From: Alphaproteobacteria bacterium
GTDB taxonomy: Bacteria; Pseudomonadota; Alphaproteobacteria; UBA7887
Length of the DNA: 64,000 nucleotides
NCBI GenBank assembly: GCA_965216755.1
Contig: CBDCGL010000011.1
Coordinates: forward strand, 384,001 to 448,000
Direction: 5' to 3'
The notes beneath the pieces were generated by a model. The model saw only the letters and a list, made by a program, of their open reading frames with translations, ran no database searches and was not told the DNA's origin. The position numbers were made by a program, and so were the translations under genes. Position 1 is the stretch's first letter; each line of letters starts with the position of its first letter. Positions 1-8,996 of this stretch are shown piece after piece.

Positions 1-53
1 CCAGCGAATATCGCGGGCCGTCCGAGTCCTTGGGTTTTGGAGTTAAGCAGCGA

Positions 54-866
54 ATGAACGCGGTTACCGAGATAGAGCTCGACACACCAAAAATCATTGC
101 GCGCAAGGATGCGCATATCGGCTGGCTCATTTTCAACAACCCGGAACGGCGTAATGCGCTGTCGTTGGACATGTGGCGCGCCGTCGCCGATGTGGCCGAG
201 CGGTTCGCCCGTGACGACGATGTACGTGTCTTGGTCATGGCCGGCGCCGGCGACAAGGCGTTTGTCTCCGGTGCGGACATCTCCGAATTCGAAAAGCACC
301 GCGCCAACGCGGAAGCCGAGAAGGAATACAATCGCATCTCCGCGGCCGCCCAGCACGCCCTTGGCTGTTTTGACAAGCCGCTGATCGCGATGATCCAGGG
401 CTTTTGCATCGGCGGCGGCCTGGCGGTGGCGCTGCAAGCCGATATTCGCATTGCGGCGGAAGAATCTGTCTTTGCAATCCCGGCCGCGCGGCTCGGCCTT
501 GGATACGGTTTTTCCGGTTTGCGCACGCTCACCAGTCTGGTTGGTCCGGCCCATGCGAAGGAAATCCTGTTTACCGCCCGGCGCTATTCGGCCGCCGAGG
601 CATACGATATCGGGTTGGTCAATCGCGTGGTGGCACATGCGGATCTGGAGCCGACAGTGCGCGAGCTAGCCGCGATGATTGCCGACAATGCGCCGATGAC
701 CGTTCGCGCCGCCAAGGCCACCATCGGCGAAGCGCTGAAGGATCCGGATGATCGTGACCTCGCCATGGTCGAAGACATGATCCGCGCCTGTTTTGATAGC
801 GAGGATTTCGTCGAGGGCCGTCGCGCTTTCATGGAAAAGCGCAAACCGCAGTTCAAAGGACGGTAG
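54..866 (+). CDS. Enoyl-CoA hydratase/isomerase (crotonase) family protein
   Basis: ORF 30..866, likely ATG at 54. Motifs NPERRNAL, AFVSGADISEF, GFCIGGGL and C-terminal EGRRAFMEKRKP. Confidence 0.92.
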   Translation: MNAVTEIELDTPKIIARKDAHIGWLIFNNPERRNALSLDMWRAVADVAERFARDDDVRVLVMAGAGDKAFVSGADISEFEKHRANAEAEKEYNRISAAAQHALGCFDKPLIAMIQGFCIGGGLAVALQADIRIAAEESVFAIPAARLGLGYGFSGLRTLTSLVGPAHAKEILFTARRYSAAEAYDIGLVNRVVAHADLEPTVRELAAMIADNAPMTVRAAKATIGEALKDPDDRDLAMVEDMIRACFDSEDFVEGRRAFMEKRKPQFKGR

Positions 867-910
867 CGCCATGGCGTTCACACCCACCGCGTTTTGGGAG
901 TGACGAGACG

Positions 911-3046
911 GTGATCGATCGTGCGATGTCCCTGCGGCCCCTTTATGCGCCCAATAATATCGTGGTGATCGGGGCGTCTAACGATAGGCGGAAATTTGGC
1001 GGTCGGCCGATTCACTACATGCAGAGGGACGGCTATCAAGGTGTCATCTATCCGGTCAATCCGCGCGAGACCGAAATTCAAGGCCTGAAGGCTTATGCTG
1101 ACGTTCGCGATATCGAAGCTGAAATTGATCTCGCATTGATCGCCGTGCCCGCCGCGCGCGTGACCGAGGCCGCTCAGGCTTGCGCGGAGGCGGGCGTCAA
1201 GTCGGCCGTGGTGATTGCATCAGGTTTTGCCGAAGCTGACCTTGAGGGCGGCACTGAGTCTCAGCGGCGGCTGACGGAGATCGCGAACGAGACGGGCATG
1301 CGGATTCTAGGTCCCAATTGCTTGGGAACTGTTAGCTTACATAACGGTGCCGTAACGACGTTTGCAAGCTTTTTCGATCTCGATATGCCCAAACCGGGTG
1401 GGATCGCCATTGCCAGCCAGTCTGGCGCCATTGGTGGCCACATTCTGGTCCTCGCTGGACAAAGAGGGATCGGCGTCCATTCCATGATGACCACGGGAAA
1501 CGAGTGCGACGTCGATGTTGCCGAATGTATCGCCTACGCCGCAACCGACCCCAGCGTGTCCGTCATAACGACCTATTTCGAGGGATGTCGAAAGCCGGAT
1601 GTGTTGCGTGCCGCGTTGGAGCAAGCCCGGTTGAATCGTAAACCCGTTATTGCGATGAAAGTCGGCGCGACGGATATTGGCGCCGCGGCAGTTAGCACGC
1701 ATACCGCCGCGCTGGCCGGGTCAGACGCGGTGTTTGACGCCGTACTCCGTTCGCATGGGGCCTACCGCGCGCGCAGTATCGGGGAAATGCTTGAATTGGC
1801 GGCGGCGTGCGCGGCCGGGAAGTATCCGGCCGGGAAACGCCTCGCGATCGTCACGATTTCTGGGGGCGGTGGCATCATTGCGGCGGACGCGGCGGTCGAA
1901 CACGGATTGGATGTCCCGGCGATGCCGGCCGAGGCCCAGCGCATTCTAAAGGATCTGATGCCCTTTGCGGCTGTCCGCAATCCGGTCGACACCACGGCAC
2001 AGGTTGCCAACAACGCGGAACTCCTGCGACGAAACCTTGAAGTGGTGCTGGACCAAGGCGGTTGCGATGCGGTCGTCCTGTTCATGACATATGCGGGGGC
2101 AATCAAGAGCTATTGGGAGAATTTGAAGGTTATGTTGCCCGCGTTCCGCGCGCGCTATCCCGGCGCGCTGGTTGTTTGCGCCGGTCTTTTTCAGCGCGAC
2201 GACGCAGCATTATTGCGCGATCACGGATACATGGTCGTCGAAGACCTCAATGAGGCGGTTGCGATCGTTGCGCAACTCGAGAAGTTTGCGGCAGCATTCG
2301 CGTGTACGCCGAACGATGCGACGGCGGGTGCCGGCAAGGTGTCGGTGCCGACGCGTCCCTTGAACGAATATGACGCGAGCCGTCTGTTGGACGCGGCCGG
2401 TGTACCAATGATATCCGCGCACGTTGCTGGTTCGGCGGACGAAGCGGTGGCAGCCGCGGAACGCGTGGGGTGGCCGGTCGTGTTGAAATTGCTGTCGCCC
2501 GATGTCGCGCACAAGACCGAGATCGGCGGCGTCCGTCTTGGGCTCGAATCCGTTGACGTAGTTCGCAGTGCTTATGACGACATCGTGGCCGCTGCACGGG
2601 ACAAAGCCCATCAGGCTACGGTTGACGGGGTCTTGGTGGCACCGATGGCGACGGACGGCGTCGAGACCATACTCGGCGTTGTCATGGATGCGGTATTCGG
2701 TCCGGTGATTATGTTCGGTCTCGGTGGCATAATCACGGAATTATTTGAGGATGTAACGTTTCGTCCAGCACCTTTTGATATCGACGAAGCCTATCGGATG
2801 ATCAACGAAATCAAGGGCGTTGCGTTACTGCAGGGCGCTCGGGGTAAACCCCCGGCGGATATTGATGCGTTGGCCAAGGCGATATCGAATTTGTCGGCTT
2901 TTGCGCATGCCAACCGCGACCGCCTGGCCGGTGTCGATATCAATCCGTTCTTGGTGCGAACGCGCGGTGAGGGCGTCGTGGGATTGGACGCATTGATCGA
3001 GACGATCGGCATGGACAAGGCGGCGAAGATCATCCCACCCGAGTGA
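911..3046 (+). CDS. Acetate-CoA ligase-family (NDP-forming) acyl-CoA synthetase
   Basis: CoA-binding VIGAS, GPNCLG, SQSGA, GNECDV, HT phospho-His motif, C-terminal ATP-grasp (HKTEIGGV, DINP). Confidence 0.9.
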   Translation: MIDRAMSLRPLYAPNNIVVIGASNDRRKFGGRPIHYMQRDGYQGVIYPVNPRETEIQGLKAYADVRDIEAEIDLALIAVPAARVTEAAQACAEAGVKSAVVIASGFAEADLEGGTESQRRLTEIANETGMRILGPNCLGTVSLHNGAVTTFASFFDLDMPKPGGIAIASQSGAIGGHILVLAGQRGIGVHSMMTTGNECDVDVAECIAYAATDPSVSVITTYFEGCRKPDVLRAALEQARLNRKPVIAMKVGATDIGAAAVSTHTAALAGSDAVFDAVLRSHGAYRARSIGEMLELAAACAAGKYPAGKRLAIVTISGGGGIIAADAAVEHGLDVPAMPAEAQRILKDLMPFAAVRNPVDTTAQVANNAELLRRNLEVVLDQGGCDAVVLFMTYAGAIKSYWENLKVMLPAFRARYPGALVVCAGLFQRDDAALLRDHGYMVVEDLNEAVAIVAQLEKFAAAFACTPNDATAGAGKVSVPTRPLNEYDASRLLDAAGVPMISAHVAGSADEAVAAAERVGWPVVLKLLSPDVAHKTEIGGVRLGLESVDVVRSAYDDIVAAARDKAHQATVDGVLVAPMATDGVETILGVVMDAVFGPVIMFGLGGIITELFEDVTFRPAPFDIDEAYRMINEIKGVALLQGARGKPPADIDALAKAISNLSAFAHANRDRLAGVDINPFLVRTRGEGVVGLDALIETIGMDKAAKIIPPE

Positions 3047-3267
3047 GCGCGGGAACGAATTCGAACGTGCCCGTCGACGCGGTGCCGACGGATTGGCGCG
3101 CCCGACGTCTTCTCTAACGACAAATTTCCAACCGCGACACGCTGTGAATGTCGGCGGAAGTATGGACAAATTAGCGAGGTCGATCCACGCTCAGCGGATC
3201 CGTTCCGAAAGCAACCTGTCAATGAATATGGGGAATGCAAAACACCCATGCAGCCGGGATGATGTCC

Positions 3268-3648
3268 ATGATCAAGCTTGTCTTTTGCTTACGCCGTCTG
3301 CCGACATTGACGGTCCAGGAGTTTCAGCGCACGTGGCGAGAAGAACATGCGCCGCTGGTGCGGAAACATCAAGAAGCCCTCGGTATTCTGCGATACGTAC
3401 AACTGCACACGGACCATGGCGTTGTGACGGCCGGCCTCACCGCGTCGCGTGGCGCGCAGCCGCCCTATGATGGCGTCGCCGAGCTTTGGTATGAGAGTCG
3501 CGAGGCGCTAGCCGCTTTGGCGCATGATCCGGCGGCGCGGGCGGCGGGTCGGGCCCTGTTGGAGGACGAGCGGCGGTTTATAGACCTTGCCAATTCCAGC
3601 ATCTTTGTAGGTGAGGCGTTCGAGGTCATATCCGCCGCCGCCGATTAG
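3268..3648 (+). CDS. EthD-domain protein
   Basis: MIKLVFCLRR...EEHAPL...YDGVAELWY...DERRFID pattern. ATG at 3268 chosen within ORF 3235..3648. Confidence 0.85.
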   Translation: MIKLVFCLRRLPTLTVQEFQRTWREEHAPLVRKHQEALGILRYVQLHTDHGVVTAGLTASRGAQPPYDGVAELWYESREALAALAHDPAARAAGRALLEDERRFIDLANSSIFVGEAFEVISAAAD

Positions 3649-3720
3649 GGGTTGCGCGCCGCGCGACTCGGCGGCCTTATTGACGATCACGATTGATCCG
3701 GGCGAAATCAAGGAGGAACC

Positions 3721-4122
3721 GTGGACATCACGCCGCGCGTGCCCGCTGATCGCATGCTCATCCAGAGCTATGGCGGCGATGGGTTTCGGATCAGTGGGAG
3801 CTGCTATCATGGATCTGTCTTGGTCACGGCAAACGCGGTTTTACCTTGGCGCGTAGCCGCGTCTGACGAGTTGCTGGCTGGCGACGCGGCCGAGATTGTC
3901 AAGCGATTGTTTGGGCAAATCAAGACGATCGATCAGCATGTTAACACTGTGCTGCTCGGTTGCGGCGAAACGACTGCGATGCTGCCTTCGGCGCTGCGCC
4001 AAGCCATGCGCGCGCGTGGCTTTGTCGTCGACGCGATGACGACAGCGGCCGCGTGTCGCACCTACAATGTACTAGTGGCCGAAGATCGGCCCGTGCTCGC
4101 GGCGCTCATCGCGGTGGCTTAG
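3721..4122 (+). CDS. Mth938-like (NDUFAF3/DUF498) protein
   Basis: IQSYGGDGF, LLGCG and MTTAAACRTYNVLVAEDR motifs; GGAGG SD before the GTG start. Confidence 0.9.
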   Translation: MDITPRVPADRMLIQSYGGDGFRISGSCYHGSVLVTANAVLPWRVAASDELLAGDAAEIVKRLFGQIKTIDQHVNTVLLGCGETTAMLPSALRQAMRARGFVVDAMTTAAACRTYNVLVAEDRPVLAALIAVA

Positions 4123-4138
4123 ACCGAGAACAAAAAGT

Positions 4139-4978
4139 ATGACACCGGCGGACGCCATCGCGGCGTGTGCGGAGACTGCCCGCGTGCACGACCCCGATCG
4201 GTACATCTGTAGCCTGTTCGCGCCGGACGCCGCCCGTGGCCGATTGCATGCATTGCATGCGTTCAACGTTGAGATTGCCCGGTCCGCCGAAGCCGCGAGC
4301 GAACCAGCATTGGGGGCGATCAGATTACAGTGGTGGCGCGAGGCCATTGAAAACGTTTTCGATGATGCACCACCAGATCATCCGGTGACTGTGGCTTTGT
4401 CGGCGACCTTTCGCGACGGGCATATGTCGCAGCGGAGGATGGCGCGGCTCATCGACGCGCACCAGGCGGATTTTGTTGCCCGGCCATTTCGCAACATGGA
4501 CGCACTCGCCAGCTACGTCGATCAAACGGCCGTCGGTCTTGTCGTCCTGGAGCTTGAAGCGCTTGGCGTTCGCGATGTGGCTGATGTTGAGGCTGTGCGG
4601 GGGATCGGAATGGCTTGCGGATTGACCGGGATCATTCGATCGATCGGCTATCAGGCGCGGCGGCGACGTCTTGTCATTCCGGACACAATATGTCGAGACT
4701 GTGGGCTTGATGCCAAGACCGTGTTCGCGGGGCAGGTGACACCGGCCGTGTGCACCGCGGTGCAAGTCCTCGCCAAATCCGCGTGGGCCAATCTTGAGAG
4801 CGTAGAGGGGACCGCGCGCGACACGCCGCGCACAGTGCATTTAGTTGCGTCTCTTGCCAGGGCCTATTTGCGCCGCGTGGCCCGGGTTGGCAACAACCCG
4901 TTCGACCCGCACGTCGCCATGGGGCCGTTGGCGCGCTGGCTTCGGGTCACGTGGTCTGCCGTATCCGGGCGGTATTGA
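4139..4978 (+). CDS. Squalene/phytoene synthase family protein (NDUFAF6-like)
   Basis: HDPDRY, ALHAFNVEIAR and GAIRLQWWRE motifs; follows the Mth938 gene. Confidence 0.88.
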   Translation: MTPADAIAACAETARVHDPDRYICSLFAPDAARGRLHALHAFNVEIARSAEAASEPALGAIRLQWWREAIENVFDDAPPDHPVTVALSATFRDGHMSQRRMARLIDAHQADFVARPFRNMDALASYVDQTAVGLVVLELEALGVRDVADVEAVRGIGMACGLTGIIRSIGYQARRRRLVIPDTICRDCGLDAKTVFAGQVTPAVCTAVQVLAKSAWANLESVEGTARDTPRTVHLVASLARAYLRRVARVGNNPFDPHVAMGPLARWLRVTWSAVSGRY

Positions 4979-5061
4979 TGTGTTGCCGTGAATAGCCGGT
5001 CAGGTCAGGATTGGATTCATCCAATTCAGAATCAAAGATGACATGTTGGGAGGGCACGACG

Positions 5062-6243
5062 ATGGCATGGCGAGAAAGCAGGGGCGTTGCGGCCGTTCTT
5101 TGTCTTGGGCTTGTGTGTGCGTATGCCGCTGCGGCACACGCGGATCTGCTGATCACCGGCAATGACGGCAAAGTCACATTTGGCGATAGCGGCGCTCAGT
5201 TTGGGCCGCCGGGTGGCGACAGCGTCTCCATTGTTGATGTCGGCGCCGACCCGGAGTCGCCGTCGTTGGTTGTCGATTTGAAGCTGATGAACTCGGTCTT
5301 TGGGCCGCCGACAAACGTTGTTATCAGCGAAGACCAGAGCTTGGCCCTGGTCGCTAACGCCATGGCCTGGACTCAGGATGGCGATGCCTGGAAACCGGCC
5401 CCGAACAACCAACTCCACGTCATCGATCTGACTGTCGATCCGCCGGCGCATATCGATACAGTGGACGTGGGCGCGCAGCCATCCGGACTGGCAATAAATC
5501 GCGCCGGCAATCTGGCACTGGCGGCACTGCGAGCCGATGGTGCCGTCGGCATAATTTCGATCGCGGGCAAGTCGGTAAGCTATCTCGGCGCAGTGGAGGT
5601 TGGTGAGCAAGCCGCGGCTGTCGCATTTGCGCCCGACGGCACGCGTGCCCTTGTCGCCAAGTTTGCCGAGCACAAAATTGGCGTATTGGACATCGACGGC
5701 ACCACAGTGACCTACGATGCCGCAAACGATATGCCCGTTGGCCTATGGCCGTACAATGTCAAGATTACGCCTGACGGCGGTTTGGCACTAACGGCTGACA
5801 ACGGCAATCGCGGGCAATCCGACGGCCACGTCGATACGGTGAGTGTGATTGACTTGGATGCACGTCCGCCGCGTGTAATTGATCGCATTGTCGTTGGTGA
5901 TGCTCCCGAAGGCCTAGCCATCAGCCCAAATGGCGATGTCGCCGTGGCCGTTCTGCTCCGAGGCAGCGCGGGCATCCCCGCCGATACTTGGTACTACAAC
6001 GCGACCGGCAGCGTCGTTGTCCTGAAGATTGACGGAAAGACCGTCACACGCGGCGACGAAATCGATGTGGGCGGTCTACCCGAAGGTGTCGTTTTCAACC
6101 GGGACGGCAGTTACCTGTATGTGGGCAACTATACCGATAGCGATCTGTCGATCCTCAAAGTTGACGGCACGACGGTGGTGGATACGGGCAAGCGTTTCGC
6201 GTTGCCGGGCCAGCCCGGCTCGGTCGGCAACAGCGTGCCCTAA
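5062..6243 (+). CDS. Secreted YncE/lactonase-like beta-propeller protein
   Basis: Signal peptide ending AAAHA; repeated VGxxPxGLAISPDG blades; GGGAGG SD before ATG 5062. Confidence 0.82.
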   Translation: MAWRESRGVAAVLCLGLVCAYAAAAHADLLITGNDGKVTFGDSGAQFGPPGGDSVSIVDVGADPESPSLVVDLKLMNSVFGPPTNVVISEDQSLALVANAMAWTQDGDAWKPAPNNQLHVIDLTVDPPAHIDTVDVGAQPSGLAINRAGNLALAALRADGAVGIISIAGKSVSYLGAVEVGEQAAAVAFAPDGTRALVAKFAEHKIGVLDIDGTTVTYDAANDMPVGLWPYNVKITPDGGLALTADNGNRGQSDGHVDTVSVIDLDARPPRVIDRIVVGDAPEGLAISPNGDVAVAVLLRGSAGIPADTWYYNATGSVVVLKIDGKTVTRGDEIDVGGLPEGVVFNRDGSYLYVGNYTDSDLSILKVDGTTVVDTGKRFALPGQPGSVGNSVP

Positions 6244-6602
6244 GAAGACGCTGACGGTGGGTCGACCGAGAGCACTTGTTGGCGTCGGCGGTAATTTGAG
6301 GACGTTGACACAGCAATTACTGTCAAGATAACGACCAGTGCGATCGCCACATATACGGTCATACCCAAACCGACCATCAGGGCGATCGCACCCACCGCCG
6401 CCATGGCAAAAAAGTATACAGTGAGCAGCCAGCCAAGCGTTCCGACCATCCACCGCGCGCTGCGATGTAGGAACGAGTGTGGATCAAATGCTGCGCTGAA
6501 CGTGCCACCAAATGCCACTGTGATCGCAACGAACACGATCAGCCCGTCTCGCCATATGAGAAACGGGATCGACAAGACCAACACGAGCAACCAGTAGCGC
6601 AC
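6240..6602 (-). CDS. Hypothetical membrane protein
   Basis: 120-aa ORF with about four hydrophobic stretches that fills the gap after trmFO. Confidence 0.5.
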   Translation of the reverse strand: MRYWLLVLVLSIPFLIWRDGLIVFVAITVAFGGTFSAAFDPHSFLHRSARWMVGTLGWLLTVYFFAMAAVGAIALMVGLGMTVYVAIALVVILTVIAVSTSSNYRRRQQVLSVDPPSASS

Positions 6603-6687
6603 AGGTGCCTTCTTGGTGAATAGACCAGTCCGTTGAATCGCACTGAAACTGTAACGGCAAAATGGATTTGATGCGAGTCCGGCGCGG

Positions 6688-8043
6688 TCATTCCGCCGCG
6701 ATGCGGCGATCCTCTAGCCAACGGTCCAAATCGGCAAGAGCTCGCCGGCTCAGTGCGGGCTTGCGATCTTTGCGTTTGTGCCGCTTGTCCAAGGGCAGAA
6801 ACAAGCCGAAATTCACGTTCATTGGCTGAAACGTGGCCGCATCGCCGCCACCGGTGATGTGCCCGAGCAATGCACCCAGCGCTGTCGTTGGGGGTGGCGG
6901 AGCGGCTATAGCGCCCTGCTGCTCCGCCGCCGCGAAACGCCCGGCCAGGAGACCAATCGCGGCGCTTTCCACGTAGCCTTCAACGCCAGTGATTTGGCCA
7001 GCAAAGCGCAGGCGTGGCTCGGCGGCCAGACGCAACTGGTTATCGAGGAGCCGAGGACTGTTGATAAAGCTGTTGCGGTGCAATCCACCGAGCCGCGCGA
7101 ATTCGGCGTTCTCAAGCCCGGGTATGGTTCGAAAGATCTCGACCTGTGCGCCGTGGCGGAGCTTGGTTTGAAAACCGACCATATTGTAGAGGGTGCCGAG
7201 CGCGTTGTCTTGGCGCAACTGCACGACCGCAAACGGCTGTTCGGATTGATGTGGGTTGGTGAGACCGACCGGCTTCATCGGGCCAAACCGCAAAGTGTCC
7301 ACGCCCCGCGACGCCATCACCTCGATCGGCAGGCAGCCTTCGAAATAGGGTGTGTTCTCTTCCCATTCACGAAAATCGAGTGTATCGCCGTCAAGCAGTC
7401 GCGCGATGAACGCTGCATATTGCGTGCGATCGAGCGGGCAGTTGATATATGCCGCGCGGTCGCCGCCGGGGCCCTCTTTGTCATATCGTGATTGGCGCCA
7501 TGCCTGATCGAAATCAATCGAATCGCGGTAAACGATCGGCGCGATGGCGTCAAAGAACGCCAAATTTTCAATGCCTGTACGCGCGCGGATCGCATCGGCC
7601 AAAGTGGATGACGTCAGTGGGCCGGTGGCTATGATCACCGACGACCAGTCGGCCGGCGGCAGGCCCGCCACTTCTTCGCGGACAATGGATATGGCAGGCT
7701 GGCGTTCCATTGCGCTTTGCACTGCATTTGCAAACGCGACACGATCCACTGCCAGGGCGCCACCAGCCGGCACTTGATGGGCATCTGCGGACGCCATGAT
7801 CAGACTGTTGCAGCGGCGCATTTCCGCATGCAACAAGCCGACGGCGTTGCGTTCGGCGTCGTCCGATCGGAATGAGTTCGAGCATACGAGCTCGGCTAGC
7901 TGGTCCGTTTGATGCGCATCGGTGCTGCGCACCGGACGCATCTCGTGAACCACAACATGGGCGCCAGCCCGTGCAGCCTGCCAGGCCGCTTCGCAGCCGG
8001 CCAGCCCACCGCCGACAATGTGAATGGGTTCCGAGGATGTCAT
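6688..8043 (-). CDS. trmFO: Methylenetetrahydrofolate-tRNA-(uracil-54-C5)-methyltransferase
   Basis: [34 protein letters not shown] and FQPMNVNFG motifs. Confidence 0.97.
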   Translation of the reverse strand: MTSSEPIHIVGGGLAGCEAAWQAARAGAHVVVHEMRPVRSTDAHQTDQLAELVCSNSFRSDDAERNAVGLLHAEMRRCNSLIMASADAHQVPAGGALAVDRVAFANAVQSAMERQPAISIVREEVAGLPPADWSSVIIATGPLTSSTLADAIRARTGIENLAFFDAIAPIVYRDSIDFDQAWRQSRYDKEGPGGDRAAYINCPLDRTQYAAFIARLLDGDTLDFREWEENTPYFEGCLPIEVMASRGVDTLRFGPMKPVGLTNPHQSEQPFAVVQLRQDNALGTLYNMVGFQTKLRHGAQVEIFRTIPGLENAEFARLGGLHRNSFINSPRLLDNQLRLAAEPRLRFAGQITGVEGYVESAAIGLLAGRFAAAEQQGAIAAPPPPTTALGALLGHITGGGDAATFQPMNVNFGLFLPLDKRHKRKDRKPALSRRALADLDRWLEDRRIAAE

Positions 8044-8067
8044 GGCATCTCTCACGCCGCTTGGAGT

Positions 8068-8172
8068 TAGATCGACCTTCGTTCAAACGGAATCGTTTGA
8101 ACGAAGATAAATTGATCGATATCAGATAGATAGAGCATGACACGCGATCGTATGTGAGCGTGAAGTGCTCTA
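8068..8172. repeat. ~105-bp TA-bounded palindromic intergenic element (small MITE-like)
   Basis: Perfect 13-bp stem CTTCGTTCAAACG/CGTTTGAACGAAG (8077-8106) plus a TAGAGCA...TGCTCTA stem (8131-8172). Both ends are TAGA/TCTA. Confidence 0.6.
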
Positions 8173-8204
8173 GGTTCGCATGAAATCAACTATATCATGG
8201 CGCC

Positions 8205-8996
8205 ATGCATACGATCGTCTTTCAGTCATTTCGAACAAGCGACGTGCCCATGGCGATACGGCGTTCGCTCGCATCTGTGGCGGCGTGGGCCGACCTGCGC
8301 AGATATGACTATCAGTTTCTGGATGATGACTTGTTCGCGCAGGTGCCAGACAACATCCGCCTTCGCCTCGGCGAACATCCCTTGCCGCTATCGGACATTG
8401 CCCGGTTGCTCAAAGCGCGGGACTTTTTGCGCCAGGGTTACGAGCGCGCGATATGGGCCGATGCCGACATTGTGGTTTTCGATCCTGAACATTTAGAGAT
8501 CCGGGTCACATCGCAATATGCTTTCTGCCGTGAAGTGTGGGTCCGTCGTGGCGGTCGCGGTCAGTATATAGTCACAGACGGGCTGCACAACGCGATGTGC
8601 GTTTTTTGCCAAGGCAACGATATGCTCGATTTCTACATCCACGCCTGTCAGTCTCTTGCCGCACGCACCGACCGCGAGTATCTGCCACACAGTTTCGGGC
8701 CGGATCTGCTCGGCCGGCTCCAAGACATTATTGGCGACCGTATTTTGCGGGAGGTCGGGCTGTTTAGCCCTGTGGTGACGGCGGATATTGCCAAGGGTGG
8801 CGGCAAGGCCACCCGCGCTTATGCCGAAGCATTCGCGCATCCGGTGCGCGCCGCCAACCTGTGCCTGTCGTTTTTTGGCCGTTCCTCAAGTGGCGTGCGT
8901 TTGACCGACCGCGTGGTCAACGCAGCCATTGATCGTTTGCTTGAAACCAAGGGCGAAGTGATCAACTGTTATCAGTCCGGAGTAAGTTCAACCTAG
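8205..8996 (+). CDS. Hypothetical protein, possible GT-A fold glycosyltransferase
   Basis: 263-aa ORF with a DxD motif ([11 protein letters not shown]) after SDIARL, and a later FGPDLL motif. Confidence 0.6.
   Translation: MHTIVFQSFRTSDVPMAIRRSLASVAAWADLRRYDYQFLDDDLFAQVPDNIRLRLGEHPLPLSDIARLLKARDFLRQGYERAIWADADIVVFDPEHLEIRVTSQYAFCREVWVRRGGRGQYIVTDGLHNAMCVFCQGNDMLDFYIHACQSLAARTDREYLPHSFGPDLLGRLQDIIGDRILREVGLFSPVVTADIAKGGGKATRAYAEAFAHPVRAANLCLSFFGRSSSGVRLTDRVVNAAIDRLLETKGEVINCYQSGVSST

Noticed and set aside
3053-3066. GAAC-N6-GAAC after the acyl-CoA synthetase
   Set aside because: Spacing is 6 rather than 7, and the downstream gene is not SOS-related.
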